Shown here piece by piece: positions 24,641 through 34,231 of a stretch of 64,000 nucleotides of DNA (position 1 is its first letter; each line of letters opens with the position of its first letter). Made by a program: the position numbers and the translations under genes. The notes under the pieces are model-generated. The model was not told where the DNA came from. It was given only the letters and a program-made list of their open reading frames with translations, and ran no database searches. Source of the DNA: an uncultured Lentimicrobiaceae bacterium (GTDB lineage: Bacteria; Bacteroidota; Bacteroidia; Bacteroidales; SKPS01); contig CAZZBS010000007.1 of assembly GCA_964652685.1 (NCBI GenBank), positions 20,544-84,543 of the forward strand, given 5' to 3'.

Positions 24641-27259
24641 TCACCTCTTCCCCTGCAGCAACTGTTTGATGCCATGCAGCTTCATAAGTGCTTCCACCGG
24701 TGTCAACCTGTCAACATCTGTATTCAGGATTTCATCCTTGATCTGTTCCAGTAACGGATCATCAAGCTGAATGAAACTGAGCTGGTATTTATCCTGTAGT
24801 TTTGTTTTGGCGTTACCCTGTTCAAGCAATTGGCCGGAATGGGATGTCTCAAGCTGTTTCAGGATATGGCCGGCCCGTTCAATGGTTTTGCCTGGCATGC
24901 CGGCGATCTGGGCAACATGGATCCCGAAACTGTGCTCACTCCCACCGGGTGCCAGCTTCCTGAGGAAAATCACCTTGTTATTCATCTCCTTAACAGTGAC
25001 ATGGAAGTTTTGGATCCTTTTTTTGGATTTAGCCAGCTCATTCAGTTCATGGTAGTGGGTGGCGAACAATACCCTGGGCCTGTAGAGCGGATGGTCGTGA
25101 AGATACTCGGCGATAGCCCATGCAATGGAAATTCCGTCGTATGTAGCAGTTCCCCTGCCGATCTCGTCGAGAATGATCAGGCTGCGATTTGAGATATTAT
25201 TGAGGATACTGGCTGTTTCATTCATTTCTACCATAAAGGTTGATTCCCCCGAAGAGATATTGTCGGAAGCCCCTACACGGGTAAAGATCTTATCCACAAG
25301 GCCAATCTTTGCTGACTTTGCCGGAACAAAACACCCCATCTGCGCCATCAGGGTGATCAGGGCTGTCTGGCGGAGCAAGGCCGATTTGCCGGACATGTTC
25401 GGGCCTGTCAGCATGATGATCTGTTGCTTTTCCTGGTCTAGATATACATCATTGGGGATATATTTTTCCCCTTCCGGCATGTGGCGTTCAATGACGGGAT
25501 GCCGCCCCTCCCGGATATCAATCCGGTGACCACTGTTGATCTCCGGTCGCACATACTGGTTCCGGAGTGCGATGCCGGCAAACGATAGAAGGCAGTCAAT
25601 GCGTGCGAGCAGGGTGGCATTGAGCTGGACCGGTGCAATGTAATCATTCAGCGCCACCACAAGTGCATCATAGAGCTGTTGTTCAAGGGCAAGGATCTTT
25701 TCTTCTGCTCCGAGGATTTTGCTCTCGAAGATCTTCAGCTCTTCGGTTATATAACGTTCAGCTCCGGTAAGGGTCTGTTTACGGGTCCATTCCGCCGGCA
25801 CTTTGTCTTTATGGGCGTTGGTGACTTCGATGTAATACCCGAAAACATTGTTGAAGTTCACTTTAAGAGAAGTGATGCCGGTATTGTGTATTTCCCGCTC
25901 CTGGACCTCTTTGAGATAATCCTTCGCCGAAGATGACAAACTGCGGTATTCATCCAGTTCATTGCAAATCCCTTCCCGGATAACCCCACCTCTTGCGATG
26001 AGGGCAGGTGGATCATCATTGAGCTCATGTCCTATGCGATCGGTCATGCTTTGGCAGAGGTTAATCTGTTCGCCGATCTTCACCAGGTGGGGTAATCCAC
26101 TTTCCATACAAAGCTCCTTGATGGGTTCAATAGCCAGCATGGCACGCCTGAGTTGCACCACCTCCCGGGGGGTTGCACGACCGGTAGCCACCTTCGAAAT
26201 AATCCTTTCCAGGTCGCCGCATTGCTTTAGCTGTTGGGTCACCGTTTCAGTAAACGAAGAATGGTTCAGCATGAATTCCACAATGTCAAGCCGCTCCTTG
26301 ATGACCTGCTCATCTTTTAATGGAAGTACAATCCAACGTTTCATCATTCGTGAACCCATGGATGTTATCGTATGGTCCAGGACCTCCGAAAGGGTAACAG
26401 CATTGACATGTGGGCTTGCCAGAAGTTCAAGGTTGCGGATGGTAAACCTGTCGAGCCAGACATAATGTTCCTCTTCAATTCTGCGGATGGATGAAATATG
26501 ATGGCAGCGGTCGTGATGCGTTTCGGACAGGTAATGTATGGCGGCACCTGCGGCAATGATGGCCCGTTCCAGTTCTTCAACGCCATAACCCTTAAGAGAG
26601 GTGGTCCCGAAATGTTTCAGTAGGCAGTCATAACCGAACTCATGGGTGAAGACCCATTCGTCAAAGGTGTTCATATAGTAACTTCCGAAATCCTCCTGGA
26701 AAGCTTTCACCTTATTTCGCTGGACGATCACCTCGCTGGGCTGGAAACTCTGAAGCAGTTTGTCAATATAATTCCGTGAGCCCTCTGTTGTGTAAAACTC
26801 CCCGGTGGAAACATCCAGGAAAGCAATGCCATGGATGTCAGAGGTATGGTGAATACTGCACAAATAATTGTTACGCTTATGGTCGAGCACCTGGTCGTTA
26901 AAGGCTACGCCGGGGGTTACCAGTTCGGTTACTCCACGCTTAACGATAGTCTTAGCAAGTTTCGGATCCTCAAGCTGGTCACAGATGGCCACCCGCTGCC
27001 CTGCTTTGACCAGCTTGGGAAGATAGGTGTCAAGCGCATGATGCGGGAATCCTGCCAGCTCTACGTAGGCTGCTTTACCATTGGCCCTTCGTGTGAGCAC
27101 AATACCCAGGATCTTGGATGTGACAATGGCATCCTGCCCGAAGGTTTCATAAAAATCGCCTACCCTGAACAGCACCAATGCACCGGGATATTTCGCTTTG
27201 ATGGTTGCATACTGCTTCATCAGCGGGGTCTCTTTATCTGCACTGCTACCTCTTGCCAT
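24641..27259 (-). CDS. mutS: DNA mismatch repair protein MutS
   Basis: 872 aa. The N-terminus is [30 protein letters not shown]. Other motifs are Walker [26 protein letters not shown] and FATHYHEL. Confidence 0.95.
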   Translation of the reverse strand: MARGSSADKETPLMKQYATIKAKYPGALVLFRVGDFYETFGQDAIVTSKILGIVLTRRANGKAAYVELAGFPHHALDTYLPKLVKAGQRVAICDQLEDPKLAKTIVKRGVTELVTPGVAFNDQVLDHKRNNYLCSIHHTSDIHGIAFLDVSTGEFYTTEGSRNYIDKLLQSFQPSEVIVQRNKVKAFQEDFGSYYMNTFDEWVFTHEFGYDCLLKHFGTTSLKGYGVEELERAIIAAGAAIHYLSETHHDRCHHISSIRRIEEEHYVWLDRFTIRNLELLASPHVNAVTLSEVLDHTITSMGSRMMKRWIVLPLKDEQVIKERLDIVEFMLNHSSFTETVTQQLKQCGDLERIISKVATGRATPREVVQLRRAMLAIEPIKELCMESGLPHLVKIGEQINLCQSMTDRIGHELNDDPPALIARGGVIREGICNELDEYRSLSSSAKDYLKEVQEREIHNTGITSLKVNFNNVFGYYIEVTNAHKDKVPAEWTRKQTLTGAERYITEELKIFESKILGAEEKILALEQQLYDALVVALNDYIAPVQLNATLLARIDCLLSFAGIALRNQYVRPEINSGHRIDIREGRHPVIERHMPEGEKYIPNDVYLDQEKQQIIMLTGPNMSGKSALLRQTALITLMAQMGCFVPAKSAKIGLVDKIFTRVGASDNISSGESTFMVEMNETASILNNISNRSLIILDEIGRGTATYDGISIAWAIAEYLHDHPLYRPRVLFATHYHELNELAKSKKRIQNFHVTVKEMNNKVIFLRKLAPGGSEHSFGIHVAQIAGMPGKTIERAGHILKQLETSHSGQLLEQGNAKTKLQDKYQLSFIQLDDPLLEQIKDEILNTDVDRLTPVEALMKLHGIKQLLQGKR

Positions 27260-27283
27260 TGGGATATTGGGTACTTTTCAGTT

Positions 27284-27291
27284 CAAAAATA
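27284..27291 (-). promoter_or_regulatory. -7 box TATTTTTG (minus strand) upstream of mutS
   Basis: The plus strand reads CAAAAATA, 25 nt upstream of the start at 27259. Confidence 0.4.
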
Positions 27292-27316
27292 CGATTTATT
27301 ACCGTGTCGGAAAGTG

Positions 27317-27324
27317 TATTTTTG
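27317..27324 (+). promoter_or_regulatory. -7 box TATTTTTG upstream of the trmH-family gene (long leader)
   Basis: Exact TAnnTTTG match, but about 130 nt upstream of ATG 27454, so the assignment is tentative. Confidence 0.3.
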
Positions 27325-27453
27325 CAGACAAAGGGTTTTTCCCTGCAGGTATTAACGGGACTTACATTGCTGCAGTCCGGATGGGTTGTGACATAAACGG
27401 TTCGGTTGCCGGAGTGTCCCGGAAATCCTGTTTGTCATTAAAACAATTTTACT

Positions 27454-27996
27454 GTGATGAAGAAATTGTCCATGCATGATTTGAATCGGCTATCACATGA
27501 AGATTTCAGGGATTCGCCCAAGGTTAACGTGACGGTTGTTCTGGATGATGTCCGGAGTATGATGAATACAGGTTCTGTTTTCCGGACTGGTGATGCTTTC
27601 AGGGTCCGCAGGATTTGCTTATGTGGTATTACGGCAAAGCCACCACACCGGGAAATCGAAAAAACAGCGCTGGGAGCTACGACATCGGTTGACTGGGAAT
27701 ATCATGAAAACTGTAGGGAATTGCTAATCAGGTTAAGGAAAGAGGGGGCACAAATAGTCGCTGTGGAGCAACTGGATGACAGCATACCGCTGGATGCCTG
27801 GGTGATTGAGCCAGACAAGCCGCTTGCACTGGTCTTTGGCAACGAGGTTAACGGGATCTCTGAAGCAACACTGTCGGTCTGTGATTACGGTGTAGAGGTA
27901 CCGCAGTTCGGCACAAAACATTCCCTGAACATTGCGGTCACAGCAGGGATCATTCTCTGGGAAACATTCAGGCAGCTAAGGCGGCAGATCTCGTAA
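27454..27996 (+). CDS. SpoU/TrmH family RNA 2'-O-methyltransferase
   Basis: 180 aa. SPOUT motifs are VVLDDVRSMMNTGSVFRTGDAF, LVFGNEVNGIS and SLNIAVTAGIILWE. Confidence 0.85.
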   Translation: MMKKLSMHDLNRLSHEDFRDSPKVNVTVVLDDVRSMMNTGSVFRTGDAFRVRRICLCGITAKPPHREIEKTALGATTSVDWEYHENCRELLIRLRKEGAQIVAVEQLDDSIPLDAWVIEPDKPLALVFGNEVNGISEATLSVCDYGVEVPQFGTKHSLNIAVTAGIILWETFRQLRRQIS

Positions 27997-28002
27997 AAAA
28001 AG

Positions 28003-28031
28003 AAAGCCCTGTCATGGGTGGACAGGGCTTT
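28003..28031 (-). terminator. 11-bp perfect hairpin between the convergent trmH-family and ompA-family genes
   Basis: AAAGCCCTGTC-ATGGGTG-GACAGGGCTTT. On the minus strand it is followed by CTTTTTTTAC. On the plus strand no T-run follows, so it is primarily the ompA-family terminator. Confidence 0.75.
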
Positions 28032-28053
28032 CAATATTCTTGTGGCGGGATGG

Positions 28054-29490
28054 TTATTTAGCGATGAAAATATCAACCCTTCTGTTGAGGAACAGTCTCT
28101 GTTTGTTGGTGGTCAGCGGTTTCAATTCACCTGTCCAGCTTGTCATGAGCCTGCCGCCGTCAATGCCATATTCTTTCACGAGGATGTCCTTGACAACATT
28201 CACCCTTCTTTTACTCAGGTCGTCGTTGTACTCTGTTGAAGCGATTTCACAAGCAGAACCTACCAGTTCGTATTTCAGGTCGGGATATCTCTTCAGCAGG
28301 TTGGCAGCGATGGCAATCTTTTCTTGGTTAAGAGGGGTGACAAAAGTGCTGTTCAGTGCAAAGAATACACTGTAAAGGGCAATTGCTTCAGATTTCTTAT
28401 CCTTTTCTTTAGGGATTGGGTTGACATTTTTATCGAACACATAGGTTCCGTCAGGGTTTCTTTCATACTTATCTTTTTCGATGGGCAATGCAACACCCTG
28501 GAAGTTTACGATGGCACCTTTTGGTGTGTTGGGTTCCAGGTCCATATAATCGGGGACACCGTCACCGTCTGAATCGGGGCTTTTCGTCCTCTTGTCATAG
28601 TCGGCCATCAGCACATCCACATCATCTTCGACGTCAGCCAACCCTTTCTTGAGGGAATCCACATCATTTTCAACTTTCTTGATCTTCTTAAGCAGTTCAG
28701 CCATGGTCGGGTCAACCGGGTTCCATTCGTTGGACTGGTCATTTTTGCCAAAGGTGTACTGAACCAACAGGTTGGTATAACCCAGCGCATCGCGTTCGCT
28801 GAGAACCCTGTTCATCACATCGAATTTATCGGAAGCTAGTTGAACCCTTGAAACCTCCAGGCCCACGGCAAAACGCTTGGTGAGTTTATATTTGAAACCA
28901 CCCGCGATCTTCCAGGTAGCTTCGCTTTGCATGGTGGACTTGTCGCCTGGCTCGGTAGCCGTCTTCAGCTTACTGTTTTCATATCCGACACTTCCTATAT
29001 AAGCTCCATCCAACTGGGTCAGCAGCGAACGGTAATGGCAATTGCCAACTCCCAGGCTGGTGTACACGTTGTATCTTTTATTGTAATGCCGCGGGAAGAA
29101 AAGATTCGACAGGCTCACTACCCCATTGACATCATAAAATAAGGCGGTGCTTTCCAGATATTTGTTGAAATGTGGCTCTTTCTGTGTGAACAATTTGCCG
29201 AAGGTGATATTGGCATTCACTCCGAAAATTGGATTGAACATTTTGTTTACACCCGCCATAAGGTCCCACGAGAAATCAGTGTTGCCGTTTTTCCTTGTGC
29301 TGTTGCCCGGATAAAAATAAGCCCGGGATGCATCACCATAATACTGGAACCACCCCCCCCCCAGATAAACTGCCCATGAGTTGTACTTGAATTCAGGATC
29401 AAGCGTCTGGGTTTCTTCCTGTGCGGATAATCCCTGTATTGCACCAAACACAAATAAAGCCGCTGCAAGTAATAATACTCTTATTTTCAT
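28054..29490 (-). CDS. OmpA family outer membrane protein (N-terminal barrel, thrombospondin type-3-like repeat, OmpA_C)
   Basis: 478 aa from ATG 29490. The signal peptide is MKIRVLLLAAALFVFGAIQGLSAQ. It has a TSP3-like Ca-binding motif (SPDSDGDGVPDYMDLEPNTP) and a C-terminal OmpA-like domain (...YNDDLSKRRVNVVKDILVKEYGID...). Confidence 0.85.
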   Translation of the reverse strand: MKIRVLLLAAALFVFGAIQGLSAQEETQTLDPEFKYNSWAVYLGGGWFQYYGDASRAYFYPGNSTRKNGNTDFSWDLMAGVNKMFNPIFGVNANITFGKLFTQKEPHFNKYLESTALFYDVNGVVSLSNLFFPRHYNKRYNVYTSLGVGNCHYRSLLTQLDGAYIGSVGYENSKLKTATEPGDKSTMQSEATWKIAGGFKYKLTKRFAVGLEVSRVQLASDKFDVMNRVLSERDALGYTNLLVQYTFGKNDQSNEWNPVDPTMAELLKKIKKVENDVDSLKKGLADVEDDVDVLMADYDKRTKSPDSDGDGVPDYMDLEPNTPKGAIVNFQGVALPIEKDKYERNPDGTYVFDKNVNPIPKEKDKKSEAIALYSVFFALNSTFVTPLNQEKIAIAANLLKRYPDLKYELVGSACEIASTEYNDDLSKRRVNVVKDILVKEYGIDGGRLMTSWTGELKPLTTNKQRLFLNRRVDIFIAK

Positions 29491-29537
29491 TGTGTTAAAT
29501 TTTGATTGCGATTCCGGCATGCTTGCCAATTTGGAAA

Positions 29538-29569
29538 CAAAAGTAAGGTAAAAATGATACTAAACCAAA
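29538..29569 (-). promoter_or_regulatory. Canonical promoter of the ompA-family gene: TTTG, 20-nt spacer, TACTTTTG (minus strand)
   Basis: On the plus strand, CAAAAGTA is at 29538-29545 and CAAA at 29566-29569. The -7 box ends 47 nt before ATG 29490. This places the ORF-track start at 29529 in the leader region immediately downstream of the -7 box. Confidence 0.55.
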
Positions 29570-29736
29570 ATTATTCGTTAAAATATTGAAACAAAATGCT
29601 ATTTTTTTATTTTTTGTTAACAAAGTTGATAAACATTAAACAACCAATGTTTGAATTTGCTGATGTTGAATAATATATGCATGTGTAACGTATAAATCGG
29701 GATTTGGTTTCATCCGCTATCAACTTTTTACCCCTT

Positions 29737-30390
29737 CTATGGAACAATACGGGTGATACCCTTAGGAAATTCCTGGTGAAGGAATGGAATGATTTTGTTT
29801 ATCTCTTCAGGTTTTGAAATAAAATCCCGTTGATCCATGTTCAGCATCAGAATGGGAAACCGGTTTTCCATTCTGATGTACCTGATATAAGCCTGGCTTA
29901 GTGCTGCGAGGTATTTATCACTGATATGTTTTTCATAGGAACGGCCACGGGTCCTGATGTTATCCATCAGCTTCCCGGTTTCACAGTGTAGAAAGATCAT
30001 AAGGTCGGGTCTGGGAAGAGATGCTTCGATAATGGTGAAAACCTTTACATAGAGTTTGAAATCAATATCGTTAAGATTGTTCCTCGCAAAAAGACGTGAT
30101 TTGTAAAGGTGGTAATCGGCGATGGTATGAGGCTGGAAAAGCGAGCGGTTCAGCAGTTCAGTCGAAAGTTGTTTGTACCGGTCGGTCAGAAAGGTCAGTT
30201 CTGTCTGCAAAGCATATCGCTCCGGGTCTTTATAAAAGAGCGGCAGGTAGGGATTTTCTTCAAATGTTTCAAGGATCAGGCGGCTGCCGGTAGCCGATGC
30301 CAGTGCAGAAGCTAACGTGGTTTTCCCTGCTCCGATGTTGCCTTCGATACAAATATACTGGTAGTGTAGCATTGAATTTCCCATCAGCAT
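29737..30390 (-). CDS. Deoxynucleoside kinase
   Basis: The P-loop is ICIEGNIGAGKTTLA, and the dNK-family layout includes ERYALQTELTFL. An alternative start is M7 at nt 30372. It lies 8 nt downstream of folK. Confidence 0.8.
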   Translation of the reverse strand: MLMGNSMLHYQYICIEGNIGAGKTTLASALASATGSRLILETFEENPYLPLFYKDPERYALQTELTFLTDRYKQLSTELLNRSLFQPHTIADYHLYKSRLFARNNLNDIDFKLYVKVFTIIEASLPRPDLMIFLHCETGKLMDNIRTRGRSYEKHISDKYLAALSQAYIRYIRMENRFPILMLNMDQRDFISKPEEINKIIPFLHQEFPKGITRIVP

Positions 30391-30398
30391 CAGAAGGA

Positions 30399-30911
30399 TT
30401 ATACCTGTTCATTCACAGTGGATCCGTTGACAAGGGCTACCAATCCCTGGTCATTACATGCACTCAGCATCGCTTTGACAGGGAGGTGCAAAACAGGATG
30501 GATAAAATCAGCTGCAAGGCAGGCAAGCGGTTCAAGAATGAACCTTCTCTCTGCCATCCGTGGGTGTGGTATGGTCAGTTCATCTGTCTGCAGTATGAGT
30601 CGATCAAAAAACAGTATATCAATATCAATAGGCCTGTCCCGGTAATGACCTTCCGGATCCCTTTCCCTTCCAAGTTCAGCTTCAACCTCACGATTGATGC
30701 GGAAGAGCTCTTCCGGGGTGTGTATAGTTGTGATTTGTGCCACCTGGTTAATGAAAGTATAATCAGAAATAAACCCCCATGGCGCAGTTTCATAAAACGG
30801 AGATATCTGCACAATGGCAATTCTTCTCTTTTCAAGCATGGCCAGTGCAGTGGAAATATTTAAAAACCTGTCGCCCTGATTGCTTCCCAGGGAAAGAAAA
30901 ACGTTGTGCAT
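30399..30911 (-). CDS. folK: 2-amino-4-hydroxy-6-hydroxymethyldihydropteridine diphosphokinase
   Basis: The sequence begins MHNVFLSLGSNQGDR. Other motifs are FYETAPWG, PIDIDILFF and HPRMAERRFILEPL. The -7 box at 30927 argues for ATG 30911 rather than 30929. Confidence 0.85.
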   Translation of the reverse strand: MHNVFLSLGSNQGDRFLNISTALAMLEKRRIAIVQISPFYETAPWGFISDYTFINQVAQITTIHTPEELFRINREVEAELGRERDPEGHYRDRPIDIDILFFDRLILQTDELTIPHPRMAERRFILEPLACLAADFIHPVLHLPVKAMLSACNDQGLVALVNGSTVNEQV

Positions 30912-30926
30912 AGGCTGATTAACCGG

Positions 30927-30934
30927 CAAATTTA
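30927..30934 (-). promoter_or_regulatory. -7 box TAAATTTG (minus strand) upstream of folK
   Basis: The plus strand reads CAAATTTA, 16 nt upstream of ATG 30911. The short leader is typical of the phylum. Confidence 0.4.
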
Positions 30935-31082
30935 TGAAAAATGGATATACACAGTTAAATGGATTGTAACCTTTCCGGATTCCGTTCGTCTTAACCCTGA
31001 AATCCGGTTACTCGCATGACAATAGTATCCTGCTCTTTTCAACTATCTCTGCTGATCAGGATTTCAGGTTTATTTGTGTGAT

Positions 31083-31115
31083 AAAAAACAGGAGGAGTGG
31101 TCATCCTCCTGTTTT
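31083..31115. terminator. Strong bidirectional intrinsic terminator with no gene ending at it
   Basis: AACAGGAGGA (31087-31096), loop GTGGTCA, TCCTCCTGTT (31104-31113). A6 lies 5' of the stem and TT..TT lies 3'. Both strands read as a stem plus a U-run. Confidence 0.7.
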
Positions 31116-31174
31116 GGTTATAGCAAAATATCCATCTTGTTGAACAATATTCTGTTGCATGCTTCTCAATTGCT

Positions 31175-31182
31175 TATTTTTG
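31175..31182 (+). promoter_or_regulatory. -7 box TATTTTTG upstream of sppA
   Basis: Exact TAnnTTTG match, 106 nt upstream of ATG 31288 and downstream of the orphan terminator. Confidence 0.4.
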
Positions 31183-31287
31183 CAGAGTACTCCGGAACAG
31201 TAAAGACAGATCCGTTTGAGTGGGTTATGATCTGATCATATCTGTTTGTCAATTTAAACATATGCATTAAACGAACATTCAAATGCC

Positions 31288-33075
31288 ATGAAACAGTTTT
31301 TCAAATTTATGTTTGCCTCCATGCTGGGGTTTTTTATTTCTCTCTTTCTGATATTTCTTTTTATGATCATGATTATCTCATCGGTGGCCTATTTTACCTC
31401 CAGAAGGGATGTGCAGATCTCTGACCCTTCGGTGCTTTATGTGAAACTGGATATGCCGGTTCAGGACCGTGGGACAAAAAACCCGTTTGATGCTTTTGGA
31501 TCAATGGGGAGGATGCGCCCGATAGGATTGAACCAGGTTATCCGGAGCATCGAAAATGCCGCCAGGGATGACAGGATAAAGTGCATTTACCTGGAAATGG
31601 GAATGTTCCAGTCAGGAATGGCTACGGTTGAGGAGATACGGAACGCTCTGAAAGAGTTCAGGAAATCGGGTAAACCGGTCATTGCCTACGGAGAAAATAT
31701 CAACCAGAAATCCTACTACCTGGCAACCGCAGCTGATAAAATTTATGCAAATCCGATGGGCAATCTTGACTTTACAGGTCTTTCAGCACAGGGTGTGTTC
31801 TTTAAAGGGCTGAGTGAAAAGCTCAAGGTGGAGATGCAGATCATCCGGCCGGAAAACAACAGGTATAAGAGTGCTGTGGAGCCTTTTTACCTGGACAGGA
31901 TGAGCGAAGCAAACCGGGAACAGACAGCGCAGTTGTTGCAGTCGGTATGGCGACATATGCTGAAGGGGATCAGCAAAGCCCGGGATATCAGGGAAGACAA
32001 GCTGAATGTTGTTGCTGACAGCCTGCTGGCTTTCAGGGCTGTTGATGCCTTGAGTAACCGCATGGTGGATGGCCTGATCTACTATGACCAGTTTCTGGAT
32101 ACCCTTAGAAATATTTTGGGATTGAAAGACAAAGCCAGGATCAGCAGTGTTACAGTCGCTCAGTATTGCAAAGCAGACAGGCAGTCAAACAAAAAGGAGG
32201 GATCAGGGAAACTGAAACACGAAAGAATTGCTGTGATCTATGCCTCCGGCTCCATCGTCATGGGAGAGGAGGAAGATAGGGTAATCAGTGCGAAACACAT
32301 TTCACAGACCATCCGGAAAGCCCATGAAGATAAAAAGATCAAAGCCATTGTTCTCCGTGTCAATTCACCAGGGGGTGACGGTCTTGCATCAGAGATGATC
32401 TGGCGGGAAGTCGCCCTTGCTGCCAAAGTAAAACCGGTGATCGTATCCATGGGAGATGTTGCAGCATCAGGTGGTTATTACATCTCCTGTGCTGCTACAA
32501 AAATTGTTGCCCAACCCAGCACCCTTACAGGTTCAATAGGTGTTTTCGGGGTGCTCCCGAATATGGAGCCCCTTTTCAGGGAACACCTGGGGATTACCTT
32601 TGATGAGGTTAATACCAATGAAAACAGCAATTTCGGAAGTGTCGTCCGTCCGCTCTCTCCCTACCAGTTTCAGTTTCTGACACGGTATGTGGATGATTTC
32701 TATACTCACTTCGTTACGCATGTATCTGAAGGGAGGGGCCTGTCCGCCTCTGTTGTGGACTCCATCGGCCAGGGAAGGGTCTGGTCAGGAACCGATGCAC
32801 TGGAGCTCGGACTGGTGGATGAACTGGGAGGATTGGAAGAGGCTGTGAAACTGGCTGCCCATGAGGCCGGCATCAGCGAATATTCCGTGTTGGAATGGCC
32901 GGTACAGACAGATCCCTTCCTGCGGTTGATCCGTGAAATGTCGGGAGATGTTTCGGTTAACAAAAGCCTGCGTATGAAATTGGGGGCTGATTATCGCTGG
33001 GTTGAAATCCTTGCGACTTACAGCAGGATGAAAGGAATCCAGGCAAGGCTCCCATATGATATTACAATAGAATAA
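31288..33075 (+). CDS. sppA: Signal peptide peptidase SppA, 67K type
   Basis: 595 aa with an N-terminal TM helix. It has two tandem S49 domains, the second with GDVAASGGYYISCAA and IGVFGV. Confidence 0.9.
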   Translation: MKQFFKFMFASMLGFFISLFLIFLFMIMIISSVAYFTSRRDVQISDPSVLYVKLDMPVQDRGTKNPFDAFGSMGRMRPIGLNQVIRSIENAARDDRIKCIYLEMGMFQSGMATVEEIRNALKEFRKSGKPVIAYGENINQKSYYLATAADKIYANPMGNLDFTGLSAQGVFFKGLSEKLKVEMQIIRPENNRYKSAVEPFYLDRMSEANREQTAQLLQSVWRHMLKGISKARDIREDKLNVVADSLLAFRAVDALSNRMVDGLIYYDQFLDTLRNILGLKDKARISSVTVAQYCKADRQSNKKEGSGKLKHERIAVIYASGSIVMGEEEDRVISAKHISQTIRKAHEDKKIKAIVLRVNSPGGDGLASEMIWREVALAAKVKPVIVSMGDVAASGGYYISCAATKIVAQPSTLTGSIGVFGVLPNMEPLFREHLGITFDEVNTNENSNFGSVVRPLSPYQFQFLTRYVDDFYTHFVTHVSEGRGLSASVVDSIGQGRVWSGTDALELGLVDELGGLEEAVKLAAHEAGISEYSVLEWPVQTDPFLRLIREMSGDVSVNKSLRMKLGADYRWVEILATYSRMKGIQARLPYDITIE

Positions 33076-33086
33076 CCTTGGGAAGG

Positions 33087-34220
33087 TTAACGGTTATGAT
33101 CCCCCATCACAGGCCGGTAGTGTGAATCCCGCTCTGCAGGATTGAAACCTTCATCCTGTATCAGTTGCCTGAGTGAAGCCACATCCATGGCGGGATTCTG
33201 CTCCTCAGCACCGGCAGCCGTGTAGATCATGGTTGAATCATAAATGGTTCCGTCGAGATCATCTACCCCAAAATGCTGTGAGAGTTGTGCCATTTCCCGT
33301 CCGATCATCGGCCAGTACGCTTTGATGTGCGGAATGTTGTCAAGAAAAATCCTGGAAACGGCATAATTGCGCAGGTCCTCGGTGACCGAAACCTCCCCGG
33401 TGAACGACAGGGGATTATTGGCCTTCTTGTATTTCAACGGAATGAATGCCTGAAATCCCCCCGTTCTGTCCTGGAGTTCGCGCAACCTGGCCAGATGACC
33501 GATACGATGTTCATTTTCTTCGATGTGACCGTACAGCATGGTTGCATTACTGGGGATATTGAGCTTGTGTGCTTTTTCATGGATCTCCAACCATCGTCCG
33601 GCATCATCCTTTTCAGGGCAGATCCTTTTCCTGATTTCCGGTTCGAAAATTTCGGCACCCCCTCCGGGGATGGAATCCAGACCGGCCGTTTTTAGCAGGG
33701 TCAGGCATTCTTCCACCGGGATACCGTCACAGGAAGCCATATAGCTTATCTCAATGGCTGAAAAAGCTTTCAGGTGGACACCAGGCCTGGCATGACGAAT
33801 AGCCGAGAGCATGTTTGCATAATGCCTGGTACCCCTGCCTGGTGCAACACCACCTACAATATGCAGTTCAGTGATGCCTTTTGGAGCCGATGCGGCAAGC
33901 CCCGCGATTTCGCTGAGGCTGTAATCCCATGATTTCCCTAAATTCCGCTCATTGTAGGAACAAAAACTGCAATTGTACACGCAGCGGTTGGTCGGTTCAA
34001 TGTGGAAGTTGCGGTTGTACCAGGTGGTGCGCCCGTTGAACTTCCGGCGCACGTTATCAGCCAGGATACCTAACCAGGCAATGGGGGCCTTGCGGAACAA
34101 AATCACCCCTTCATCAGGACTGATCCGCCGTGATGTAAGTATTTTGTCCGCAATCCTTTGCAGGCCGGGATCTTTCACTACCGTTCGTAATATGTTCCCA
34201 TCCGCTTCGAAGGCCTGCAT
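33087..34220 (-). CDS. Radical SAM enzyme of the CofH/MqnC/MqnE family (futalosine-pathway menaquinone biosynthesis)
   Basis: 377 aa. The radical-SAM cluster motif is EPTNRCVYNCSFCSY (CxxxCxxC). Family-typical blocks are ELHIVGG, ATMLYGHIE and the C-terminal GVDDLDGT. I cannot separate MqnC from MqnE by eye. Confidence 0.7.
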   Translation of the reverse strand: MQAFEADGNILRTVVKDPGLQRIADKILTSRRISPDEGVILFRKAPIAWLGILADNVRRKFNGRTTWYNRNFHIEPTNRCVYNCSFCSYNERNLGKSWDYSLSEIAGLAASAPKGITELHIVGGVAPGRGTRHYANMLSAIRHARPGVHLKAFSAIEISYMASCDGIPVEECLTLLKTAGLDSIPGGGAEIFEPEIRKRICPEKDDAGRWLEIHEKAHKLNIPSNATMLYGHIEENEHRIGHLARLRELQDRTGGFQAFIPLKYKKANNPLSFTGEVSVTEDLRNYAVSRIFLDNIPHIKAYWPMIGREMAQLSQHFGVDDLDGTIYDSTMIYTAAGAEEQNPAMDVASLRQLIQDEGFNPAERDSHYRPVMGDHNR

Positions 34221-34231
34221 AGCCAGAGTGA

